Source: Acidimicrobiia bacterium
GTDB lineage: Bacteria > Actinomycetota > Acidimicrobiia > Spongiisociales > ZC4RG35
Direction: 5' to 3'
DNA: 64,000 nucleotides
Assembly: GCA_025937235.1 (NCBI GenBank)
Contig: JAICRU010000003.1
Coordinates: forward strand, 2,119 to 66,118
Shown here: piece after piece, positions 11,258 to 19,264 of the stretch
Position numbering within the stretch: the first letter of the stretch is position 1
Layout: the number at the start of each line of letters is the position of its first letter
Program-made: the position numbers and the translations under genes
Notes under the pieces: model-generated
Database searches by the model: none
Told to the model about the DNA's origin: nothing
Seen by the model: only the letters and a program-made list of their open reading frames with translations

Positions 11258-12646
11258 TCATGTCCCGTCAGCTCCCCCCAGGGCCGGCTCCCGTTTGGTC
11301 TGCTCATAGCGGTGCGACAGATTCCGGTAAGGGCGTGAATTCAGGGCGAGGATCGTGACCGCGAGGCCTATGACCCCGGCCACGATGAAGATCAGGGCCA
11401 TCCCCCGATCCGGACCGGTGCCGAACCAGGTTCCGATCGTGTCTGCTCCGGATCCGTCCGTCATGAAGGGGATCACCCATGCCTGGGCGATGGGGCCGAC
11501 CAGGAACGTCGTCAAGGGAGAAGCCGCGGTCTCGATGGTCTGGGCGAATCCGAAGACCCGGCCCTGCTCCTGGAAGGGGACGACCTTTTGGATGATCGTC
11601 TGCTCGGATGCCTCCGCTACCGGGATCAGGGTCATGAAGACGAAGAACCCGATCACCACCGGGACTATCGAAGCGCGGATCGGGAAGACGATGGTGAGGG
11701 TCCAGAGCGCCAAGTTGGCCAGAAGGAGGGTTCGCACGGGGTTGGAGCCAAGGCCCCTCGCTGCCACGAGGACGCCGCCGACGATGAAGCCAAAGCTCGA
11801 GATGCTGAGCACGATCCCCCAGACCTCGACCGATACCAGCTCCAGACCGTAGGGGTCCATGAGTGCCATGAACACCCCGGCGAGGAAGTTGTTGAAGGTG
11901 CTGAACAAGAGGAGAGCCAGAAGCCCGGGCACGACACGCACCGCCCGCATGGCGCCCCTGAAATCCGCCTGGGGTGCGTTCCCGGCGTCCGACTCTGCCT
12001 GGGATGCCGCGTCTTGGTCGATCCTGATGGCGAGCAGATGGGCAGTGACCAGGCCTGCGGCGACCACGGTGATGAGAAGACTCGCGCCCATTCCGAGGAG
12101 CCCGATCGCCAGACCGCTGAACACCGAGGTCAGGGCGAATGCGACGCCGTTGGCGGTGCCCACCAGACCATTGGCCCGGTCGTGTCGTTCGACCGGCACC
12201 AGCAGGGTGACCGTTGTCGAGAGTGCGATCGACCGGAGGTTTCCGGAGATGGCGCCGGTGAGGACCAGCACGATGAAAACCCAGGTCCACGACTGGGAGA
12301 GCGAGGGCAGTGATCCTTCCGGCGCCACGAGATAGACGATCGTCGCCAACAGGAACGATGCCAGTGAGCCCACGCTGGAGAGCACCATCGAGGTCTTGCG
12401 GCGGTGACGATCGACGAAGGTCCCGAAATAGATTCCCGACGCTGCGAACAGGAGCATGTAGACGCCGCCGATCACCGAAGTGGCGACCACGGAACGCGTT
12501 TCCAGGTACACCCAGAACACGAGGGCGAACCACAGAAAGTTGTTGGCCGTGCCTCCCAGCAACGTGTTGGCCACCAGGAGATGAAATGTTCGGAGGTCAC
12601 GACGGCCCGCGCCGTGGTCCGAATCGGATCCGCGGTGCACGCTCAT
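11258..12646 (-). CDS. MFS transporter (12-TM type)
   Basis: 462 aa, 12 hydrophobic segments, GTFVDRHRRK loop motif between TM2 and TM3. Confidence 0.85.
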   Translation of the reverse strand: MSVHRGSDSDHGAGRRDLRTFHLLVANTLLGGTANNFLWFALVFWVYLETRSVVATSVIGGVYMLLFAASGIYFGTFVDRHRRKTSMVLSSVGSLASFLLATIVYLVAPEGSLPSLSQSWTWVFIVLVLTGAISGNLRSIALSTTVTLLVPVERHDRANGLVGTANGVAFALTSVFSGLAIGLLGMGASLLITVVAAGLVTAHLLAIRIDQDAASQAESDAGNAPQADFRGAMRAVRVVPGLLALLLFSTFNNFLAGVFMALMDPYGLELVSVEVWGIVLSISSFGFIVGGVLVAARGLGSNPVRTLLLANLALWTLTIVFPIRASIVPVVIGFFVFMTLIPVAEASEQTIIQKVVPFQEQGRVFGFAQTIETAASPLTTFLVGPIAQAWVIPFMTDGSGADTIGTWFGTGPDRGMALIFIVAGVIGLAVTILALNSRPYRNLSHRYEQTKREPALGGADGT

Positions 12647-12911
12647 CTCTCACTCGCTTCTTGGGACGGGTGTAGGCAGTCACACATGTCGATACAGACC
12701 ACGCACGACCGCCAATCTCATCGGTTGCGCGGACCCGCATCCGCCCAGTGACCTGGGCACCATATCGTTGTGCGCTGCCCCGCCGTCACAGTTGCTCGAC
12801 AAAAAGGTCAGCCACCATGGACCCGTGGTTCCGAGCGAGCGATCGGGCTGAGAGACGGTGAGCGATCACTGACAGAACGAACGGTCGAGAACAGACCGAG
12901 TTAGCAGGCGA

Positions 12912-13193
12912 TCAACCCTCGATGCGCTCCTGATCCGCGGGGGCCTTCACGACGAGGACGTCGCTTCGGGCGAGATGGATCGCCCGATGACTGGTGCTAC
13001 TCAGGATCAAGGAGGCGAACTCTCCTCGTCCTCGTGTCCCCACCACGAGCAGAGAGGCCTTCACCTCGTCGGTGTAGTCGACGAGCACATCGGGGGGATC
13101 GCTGCGAGCATGACAAGACAACGCTCGATTCGACACGGCCCAAAGACCCTTGCCACGTGGCGATCCGCCATTCTGCGGACCATGTGAGGACAA
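12912..13193 (-). pseudogene. Universal stress protein (UspA) C-terminal remnant
   Basis: Only the C-terminal Usp signature is present: ASLLVVGTRGRGEFASLILSSTSHRAIHLARSDVLVVKAP. The N-terminal half of the domain (about 70 aa) is missing. TTG start only. A plus-strand small gene occupies the expected 5' part. Confidence 0.5.
13181..13192 (+). repeat. Copy 1 of 12-nt motif CATGTGAGGACA (SD-containing), followed by ACC-GTG
   Basis: Exact 12-mer shared with 13721..13732. Confidence 0.6.
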
Positions 13194-13271
13194 CCGTGAT
13201 CGGGGCCGTGTCGCCGCATGCGCCCCGGGGTAAGAGTGCCCGAACGGCAGGCGGTAAGAGAGGATCGTGAG

Positions 13272-13514
13272 ATGTCGCTGAAAAAGGCCCAGGAGAAGGC
13301 GGCCCTGAAATGGATCCGGAACAAGGCCAAGAATCCGAATTGTCCCAAATGCGATAGCAATGAGTGGACGATCGGCGATCTCGTCAAGTCCCCGTCGTAT
13401 GAGAAAGGTGGCCTTCTCTTCGGGGGTGACGCCGGTTTTCCCTTGCTGGTGGTGAAATGCGACAACTGCGGATACGTCGAGCAGTGGGCGGCTGACGCTA
13501 TCGGCATCGGTTGA
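13272..13514 (+). CDS. Small zinc-ribbon protein, unknown function
   Basis: 80 aa from the ATG preceded by AGAGAGGA. Lys-rich N-terminal helix, then CPKC...x45...CDNC. Third codon positions are visibly more AT-rich than in neighbouring genes. Confidence 0.6.
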   Translation: MSLKKAQEKAALKWIRNKAKNPNCPKCDSNEWTIGDLVKSPSYEKGGLLFGGDAGFPLLVVKCDNCGYVEQWAADAIGIG

Positions 13515-13720
13515 TCCCCACTGGCCGCACCGACAGGGGCGGTAAGGGCAGGGTCATCGTCAGGGCCGACACAGACAGGCGGGGTTTGCCGGCGTTCCCC
13601 CACCGTCGAACCGAGCTCGAAACGATGTCTCGAAGTGGTGACCATCCCCACTGTCGATGATCGTCGTCGATTCCCCGTAAGGTCCTGCTGCTCAACGCTC
13701 CGCATCGGTCGTCGGTCGAA

Positions 13721-13732
13721 CATGTGAGGACA
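13721..13732 (+). repeat. Copy 2 of 12-nt motif CATGTGAGGACA, followed by CC-ATG (start of next gene)
   Basis: Exact 12-mer shared with 13181..13192. Confidence 0.6.
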
Positions 13733-13734
13733 CC

Positions 13735-14031
13735 ATGACCAGTGATACCCATCTCGACGGCAATGCCCTCGGCGGTCTCTTCCATGAGATCTTCGGCCGG
13801 GACATGACCGGTCAACATGGTTGCTGTGACGGATGCGGCACGGTCAGCGCAATCGGTTCGGTCCTCGTCTACCGGAGCGCCGGCGACGTGGTCCGTTGCC
13901 CGAAGTGCGGTATCGAACTGCTCGTGATCGTGTCTTCACCTGCCGGCCTGCGAATCTCCTTCGGGTCGATTCGTTGGCTGTCGATCGCCCATTCCGAAGT
14001 GTCCGACGTTCCGGTCGGAGACGACGACTAG
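13735..14031 (+). CDS. DUF6510-like small Cys-rich protein
   Basis: LDGNALGGLFHEIFGRDMT...CCDGCG...VVRCPKCG pattern, as I remember it for the DUF6510 family. GAGGA SD. Confidence 0.65.
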   Translation: MTSDTHLDGNALGGLFHEIFGRDMTGQHGCCDGCGTVSAIGSVLVYRSAGDVVRCPKCGIELLVIVSSPAGLRISFGSIRWLSIAHSEVSDVPVGDDD

Positions 14032-14126
14032 GCCCGGTCACCGACCGATCGTTCCCTTCCTCGAACCGGATCTCGGAGGCCGCTTCGGCGATGCTGTGGA
14101 CGAATTCGAAGCTGACCGCCCACCGG

Positions 14127-14798
14127 TCACACGGCGACGAGCGAGCCCTGCGGCGTCACCCGCTCGCTCGCGGTGGTCTGGAACACACGTCCCCCGTCGG
14201 TGTAGACATTGGTGTTGGGGCAACCCTCGGCCTTGTAATTGACGCGGAACGCCCTGGGAACCAAATGCTCCCCGCCGAGACCGATCGCCACCGGCTCGGA
14301 CCAGCTCACGACACTTCTCGGATCGGAGCATTCACAGAAGAGCTCGGACCAAACCACGACGTGACCGAGATGATCACCGCCGACATAGAGGTCGCGTACG
14401 ACCGTGACCACACCGGTCTCCATGTCAGTCACCTCTCCCCTCCAACCTACCTCCGGTGAGGGGAGGATCCGCAACCTGTAACCCCTGACCGGGAGCCATG
14501 GGAAGTCCCGGGTGTTTTGATCCTGTGGACTGCTGGGAAGGGACGATTCCGAGCCGGGGAGGACGACGCCTCGGGGGTCGTAGCCCCCCCAGTTGACCGC
14601 GGTGCGGTCGGGGAATCGGGGATTCCACTGCAGCCCAAGATGCGCTGCGCCGTGCGGACCGGCATCGCCCAGGAACGACGCCTGCAAGGCCCAGAAGTAG
14701 AGACGGTCCACCGATGGGGGCTCGATGACCTCCAGCGTCACCGACACCTCCTGGGCCGGCGACGGGAGATCCCAATAGAGATGGAAGGAGAAACCCAT
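14127..14798 (-). CDS. Hypothetical protein (223 aa), beta-rich, no family recognised
   Basis: Starts MGFSFHLYWDL at ATG complement 14796..14798. The track ORF 14127..15500 extends upstream through Arg-rich off-frame sequence overlapping the next gene. Confidence 0.65.
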   Translation of the reverse strand: MGFSFHLYWDLPSPAQEVSVTLEVIEPPSVDRLYFWALQASFLGDAGPHGAAHLGLQWNPRFPDRTAVNWGGYDPRGVVLPGSESSLPSSPQDQNTRDFPWLPVRGYRLRILPSPEVGWRGEVTDMETGVVTVVRDLYVGGDHLGHVVVWSELFCECSDPRSVVSWSEPVAIGLGGEHLVPRAFRVNYKAEGCPNTNVYTDGGRVFQTTASERVTPQGSLVAV

Positions 14799-14806
14799 GT
14801 CTTCGA

Positions 14807-15436
14807 CTAGCCCCACCGTCCGCTGATCTCCTCCCATGTGGGAGGATGGCCGGGTAGTCGAGCATCGCCGGTGCCATGCAGGGCTTGGAGCGTCAGAGCC
14901 AGATAGCGCCGCCTGAGCTGCCGGGTCCGCTCCATGTCGCCCACCCGGATCGCAGCGATCTGCTCGATGATCAACGCGAGGTCGTTGACATCGAAGTCGG
15001 AGCGAAGATCGCCGGCCCTCTTGGTTCGCTCCACGAGGAGAACGTTCAGTTCCTGGGACCTGGTGGCGTCGGCGACCAACTCGTCGGTTGGGGTGTAGGT
15101 GCCGGGAAGACGCAGCGTGAGCGAGGCGGTGTCGGCGTCCACGATGTTCTGCAAGAACGTGACGAAAGAGTTCCACGGCTCGGCGTCGTCGTCCAGGGCA
15201 GCTTCGGCTTCGGCCAGCTTCTTCTCCTCGGCCTTGGTCAGCTTGGTCAGGGCGAAGGGGGTTGGCCACATGTTGCCGTCGTCGAGTCTCGCGCCGTCGT
15301 TGAAGCCGAGGGTGGCGTAGCGAGTGTTGAACGTGTCGGCGGGCTGGAACAAGCAGACCACTTGTCGTTCGATGTGGCATACGCCGGCCTCCACAACTGC
15401 TCGATTGGGCTTGTTCAGCCTGACTCCGGTGCCCAC
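14807..15436 (-). CDS. Hypothetical protein; C-terminal half faintly TetR-ligand-domain-like, no clear HTH
   Basis: 209 aa with GC-rich third positions throughout. Contains [38 protein letters not shown]. The start overlaps the DinB gene end by 22 nt and is uncertain. Confidence 0.55.
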   Translation of the reverse strand: MGTGVRLNKPNRAVVEAGVCHIERQVVCLFQPADTFNTRYATLGFNDGARLDDGNMWPTPFALTKLTKAEEKKLAEAEAALDDDAEPWNSFVTFLQNIVDADTASLTLRLPGTYTPTDELVADATRSQELNVLLVERTKRAGDLRSDFDVNDLALIIEQIAAIRVGDMERTRQLRRRYLALTLQALHGTGDARLPGHPPTWEEISGRWG

Positions 15437-15867
15437 AGATCGATCTGACGTAGTCCATGGACGCCGAGGGTCTGCGACAACTCGCCGCTGTGATAGGCAT
15501 CGTGGGTCAGCAGACGCATCAGCACCGACTGACGGCTATGCCAAGGAACACCATCGGCCCGAATGAAGCGCTCGGCGAGCATGTCTGGCGTCCAGCGACG
15601 GAGGCACCCGTCTACCACGTCCCAGGTCGTCTCCAGCGCCTCGACCAGTTCGACCGACGTGCGGGCATGATCGAGATCGTCTTCCCAGCCCGTCGTGCTC
15701 CAAGGGGCGGTGAACGGTGTGTCCTCCGCGCCCGGCTCATCGAGGACGCCGCACAGCCAGTAGATCCGAACGCCTGCGGTGTGACCCAGAGTCGCCCAGA
15801 CCGGCCAGCGGTCGGGAGCCGGCCTGATGGCCAGCTGATCCGGGGTCAGATCACGGACAACGCTCAC
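15415..15867 (-). CDS. DinB-family (four-helix bundle) protein
   Basis: [17 protein letters not shown]...[12 protein letters not shown] His triad pattern. The in-frame, stop-free upstream extension also looks DinB-like (see findings). Confidence 0.8.
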   Translation of the reverse strand: MSVVRDLTPDQLAIRPAPDRWPVWATLGHTAGVRIYWLCGVLDEPGAEDTPFTAPWSTTGWEDDLDHARTSVELVEALETTWDVVDGCLRRWTPDMLAERFIRADGVPWHSRQSVLMRLLTHDAYHSGELSQTLGVHGLRQIDLWAPESG

Positions 15868-15971
15868 GATTTGATCGTTGTACGAGTCCCACCCGGCATA
15901 GAAGCGGTGGATCGACCCTGGATCGGCGGGCGAGGTGTTGCTGATCGAGGTCGAACCTAGCCAGGCAGGGC

Positions 15972-16796
15972 TCAGTCGGGGAGACGCACCCGTGCCGCCT
16001 CCCCGACCACGACGAGGGCGCCGGTCACAACGAGCAGGAAGAGGCCGGGGAGCATGAGGTGTGGCGCCTGGCGGATGTATCTCTGCGCTTCGGCCAGCAG
16101 AACCCCCCAGGAGACGTCTGGTAACTGGAGCCCTGCCCCGAGGAAGCTGAGCAGGGCTTCGGCGCCGATCGTGAAGGCGATCGTCGCCGGGATGACGGCG
16201 ATGACGGAGCCGATAGAGCCCGGCATCACGTGTCTAACGAGCAGACGCGAACGAGACGCACCCAGTGCCCTGGCCGCATCTACGTGCGCTTGCTCCGACT
16301 CTCGCGATGTGGCTGCCCGTATCACCTTGGTGTAGATGGGCCAGGCAGCAATCGCCATCACGATTGCCACCAGGAGCACGCCGCGATCGTCGAGCCCGCT
16401 GAGGACCACAAGGCCGATCAATATGATGGGCAGGGCGGTGACCAGATCCACCAGCCGCCCCACCAGACCGTCGACCCACCCTCCGGCGAAGCCCGCAGTC
16501 GTACCCACCGGTATCGCAACGGCGAGGGCCAGGATCGTGGCCAGGACGCCCACGAGCAAGGAGTTGCGGGTGCCCGCCATCGTGAGCACCAATAGGTCGC
16601 AGCCTTGGAGGTCATATCCGAAGACGTGGGCAGGAAATGACGGGGGGACGAGGGAGCGCTCGAGGGAGCAACCGCTTGGATCGAGACCGGCCGGAGCTTC
16701 CGAGAAGATGGCCAGGAAGCCCGCGCCGACGAGCACCAAGGCGGCCCCCCTCGTCACCCACCTCGCCCGTGCCGCGCTTTGCAGCCTCGGCCTCAT
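15972..16796 (-). CDS. ABC transporter permease, DppC/OppC type
   Basis: 274 aa, 6 TM, EAA loop VDAARALGASRSRLLVRHVMP. Confidence 0.88.
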   Translation of the reverse strand: MRPRLQSAARARWVTRGAALVLVGAGFLAIFSEAPAGLDPSGCSLERSLVPPSFPAHVFGYDLQGCDLLVLTMAGTRNSLLVGVLATILALAVAIPVGTTAGFAGGWVDGLVGRLVDLVTALPIILIGLVVLSGLDDRGVLLVAIVMAIAAWPIYTKVIRAATSRESEQAHVDAARALGASRSRLLVRHVMPGSIGSVIAVIPATIAFTIGAEALLSFLGAGLQLPDVSWGVLLAEAQRYIRQAPHLMLPGLFLLVVTGALVVVGEAARVRLPD

Positions 16797-17749
16797 CGTG
16801 GTGCGTCGCCTTCGAGTCTGATCCGCGGGTCCACCGCCGCCGCCACGATGTCGGCAACCATCCCGCCGAGAATGGCGAAGACCGAGATGATCAGCACACC
16901 GCCCACGACGACGGCACGGTCACGCCGCGCCACGCTGTCGAGGATCAGGTTGCCGACACCTGGTATGTCGTAGACCGATTCGACGATCACGACTCCCGTA
17001 AGCAGATACCCCAGACTGGCGCCCAGGTAAGCGATCACCGGGCCGGCCGAGGCCTTGGCTGCGTGCACCGCCACGATCCGCAGTTCCGAGTGCCCGCTGG
17101 CGACGGCGAACCTGGTGAAGGTCGACCGGAGTGTGTCGAGTAGCTCGCTGCGAAACAGCAGGACCACCGGGCCGGCGAGCATCGCCACCAGAGCTATCAA
17201 TGGCAGCACGTAGGCATCCGGTGTGCCGTCGAACGGGTAGGGAAACCAGTCGAGCCCCTGGTAGCCCAGGGTGAAAAACGAGCGGAGGGCCCACGCCGTG
17301 AAGATGACGGGAGCAGCGGTGGCCGCCACGGCGACCCACCAGGTGAGCGCGGACACCAGCCTGCTGCGGCGGAACATCGACAGGACAGTCACACCGTAGG
17401 CAGTGGTCAGCTGCAGGAGAAGGCCAACACCGATCAAGATCGCCGTCGTCGGCAGGCTCGCCCCGACCACCGTGGACACCGGCTGTGGAGTGAAGCTGAT
17501 GGTCACTCCCAGGTTGCCCTGTACCAGCTGGGTCAGATAGGACAGGTACTGCACGGGGTAGGCCTGATCGAGTCCGTATCGGGCGCGTAGCTCCGCCAGT
17601 TCCGCCGGTGAGGGGGGCACGAACCCGAACAGAGCCCGGACAGGGTCGCCCGGGATGAGGCTGATGCCGGCGTGGACCACCAGGGTCAAAGCCAGCAATG
17701 TGACCAGCGCCTGCAGCACGCGCCGGCGCGCGAACGATCCCAGCGTCAC
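16793..17749 (-). CDS. ABC transporter permease, DppB/OppB type
   Basis: 318 aa. N-terminal FARRRVLQALVTLLALTLVVH, DppB-like core. 4-nt overlap with the downstream permease gene. Confidence 0.88.
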   Translation of the reverse strand: MTLGSFARRRVLQALVTLLALTLVVHAGISLIPGDPVRALFGFVPPSPAELAELRARYGLDQAYPVQYLSYLTQLVQGNLGVTISFTPQPVSTVVGASLPTTAILIGVGLLLQLTTAYGVTVLSMFRRSRLVSALTWWVAVAATAAPVIFTAWALRSFFTLGYQGLDWFPYPFDGTPDAYVLPLIALVAMLAGPVVLLFRSELLDTLRSTFTRFAVASGHSELRIVAVHAAKASAGPVIAYLGASLGYLLTGVVIVESVYDIPGVGNLILDSVARRDRAVVVGGVLIISVFAILGGMVADIVAAAVDPRIRLEGDAPR

Positions 17750-17903
17750 AGGTCAGCCGGGGTGTGTCTCGGATCTTTGACCAGATCTGGCATCGTCGGG
17801 TCGGGGGTGGACCGTCCGGGAAGGGATCGTACCGCCCTCTGGCTCTACCAGGATTCAGCGGTCGGTTGCTGACCGATCTCGGTGAGCGACAGGCTCGAGG
17901 CGG

Positions 17904-18305
17904 TCAGTCGGTGGGTCCGGAGAACCCGATCAACACACCTCCTGGAGCCCGCACCATTGCGGTCCGGACACCTTCCATGACCGTCGTGGGCGGGGTGACC
18001 GACTCGGCACCCGCAGCCAGAGCGGCCTTGAAGGACGCGTCGGCGTCCTCGACGTGAACCGTCGGCGTCGATCCGGGGGTCTCCGCTGTGCCCACCTCCC
18101 GGATCCCTCCACCTCCGGATTCCGAGTAGGAGAACAGGTGATAGTCACCATTCGGTGTTGGAAACGGGTCCTGGAAGTTCCAGCCCAAGACCGACTCGCA
18201 CCACTCACGCGTTGCGGCCGGGTCTTCACTCGCCATGTCCGTATGGGTGATCCACCCATAGAGGGCCCTGGTGAACTCGTGTGATCGCTCTTCGGTCATG
18301 CACAC
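17904..18305 (-). CDS. VOC (glyoxalase/bleomycin-resistance fold) family protein
   Basis: 133 aa. ITHTDMASEDPAATREWCESVLGW...GDYHLF...GGI. Paired beta-alpha-beta-beta-beta pattern. Confidence 0.7.
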   Translation of the reverse strand: MCMTEERSHEFTRALYGWITHTDMASEDPAATREWCESVLGWNFQDPFPTPNGDYHLFSYSESGGGGIREVGTAETPGSTPTVHVEDADASFKAALAAGAESVTPPTTVMEGVRTAMVRAPGGVLIGFSGPTD

Positions 18306-18395
18306 CCCTCTTCACTTCGATCGAGCCTACGTCATGTGCCATGACACCGACGCCCGAGCGGACCGAGACGCCCTCGTCAGTGATCCAGGCCGGGC

Positions 18396-19085
18396 TCAGC
18401 CGGCCCCGCCCAGGTATGCCTCGAGCCGGTCCGCGACCTCGTGTGGGCGGCTCAACGCGACCATGTGGCCACCCGCTATCACGTCCCCGTCGAGTCCCAG
18501 GCGCTCCTTCGCCATCCGAAGCTGGAACTTCGCTGGGAACAACCGGTCGTCGCCCCCGATGAGGATGCGGGTGGGGACGTCCGGCCACGATCCGAGCGGC
18601 CAAGGCTGCTCCATCGGCGTCATCGTCTGCTCCGGGATGTGGCTGGCTGCCTCCTCCACCACCTCGGGTGGGACGTCGTGCATGTAGACCGCCACCTCGT
18701 CGTCGGCGGTGTCGGGGGGCAGGCCGATGCACTCGTAATAGGCCCGCTCTGCCTCGTGTTGCCGCGTGTTCTCCCACCACCCATTCCCGGTCTCGCCGGG
18801 GAGCGGGATCATCGCGTTGAGCAGGACGATGAGGTCGACCGGAACCTGTTCGGCGACGAGCGGCGCAGTGAAACCGGCGAGGGACTGGGCGACGAGTACC
18901 ACGTCCCGCCGATCGCCGATCGCTTCCACGACAGCGGCGGCGTACTCACTCCAGCCGGCATCGACGTCACCCGCAGGCAGCGTGACGGGAATCACCTCGT
19001 GGCCGCGCCTCTCGAGCTCCGTCGTGAGCAGATGCCACTCCCACGGGTCCCCGCCGGCGCCGGGGATCAGCACATATGTCGCCAT
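18396..19085 (-). CDS. Alpha/beta-fold hydrolase (methylesterase-like)
   Basis: MATYVLIPGAGGDPWEWHLL, nucleophile elbow VLVAQSLAG, C-terminal GGHMVALSRP. Confidence 0.8.
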   Translation of the reverse strand: MATYVLIPGAGGDPWEWHLLTTELERRGHEVIPVTLPAGDVDAGWSEYAAAVVEAIGDRRDVVLVAQSLAGFTAPLVAEQVPVDLIVLLNAMIPLPGETGNGWWENTRQHEAERAYYECIGLPPDTADDEVAVYMHDVPPEVVEEAASHIPEQTMTPMEQPWPLGSWPDVPTRILIGGDDRLFPAKFQLRMAKERLGLDGDVIAGGHMVALSRPHEVADRLEAYLGGAG

Positions 19086-19221
19086 AGGTCACCTCCTCAG
19101 GAAATGACTGTCGAAGCCGCCGATACTCATCGGCGCAGCCTGAAAGGTGAGATCATTGGCATGATTCGAGCGCGATGGCCTCAAGGGCCTGGCGCGGATC
19201 GCCGTGGTCTCCTCAGGGCTC

Positions 19222-19251
19222 GCCGAATTGCCCGGACCGGGTGAGTTCGGC
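19222..19251 (-). terminator. GC-rich compound stem-loop just downstream of glnD
   Basis: Minus strand: GCCGAA-CTCA-CCCGG-T-CCGGG-CAA-TTCGGC. No U-tract. Confidence 0.25.
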
Positions 19252-19264
19252 TCGAAACGGATGT

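Noticed and set aside
13272-14031. The small Cys-rich proteins as a toxin-antitoxin or phage-defence pair
   Set aside because: I recognised no toxin-like fold (PIN, RelE, MazF, HicA, Fic, nuclease, ATPase). The two genes are 220 nt apart rather than coupled. No integrase, tRNA or repeat boundary flanks them.
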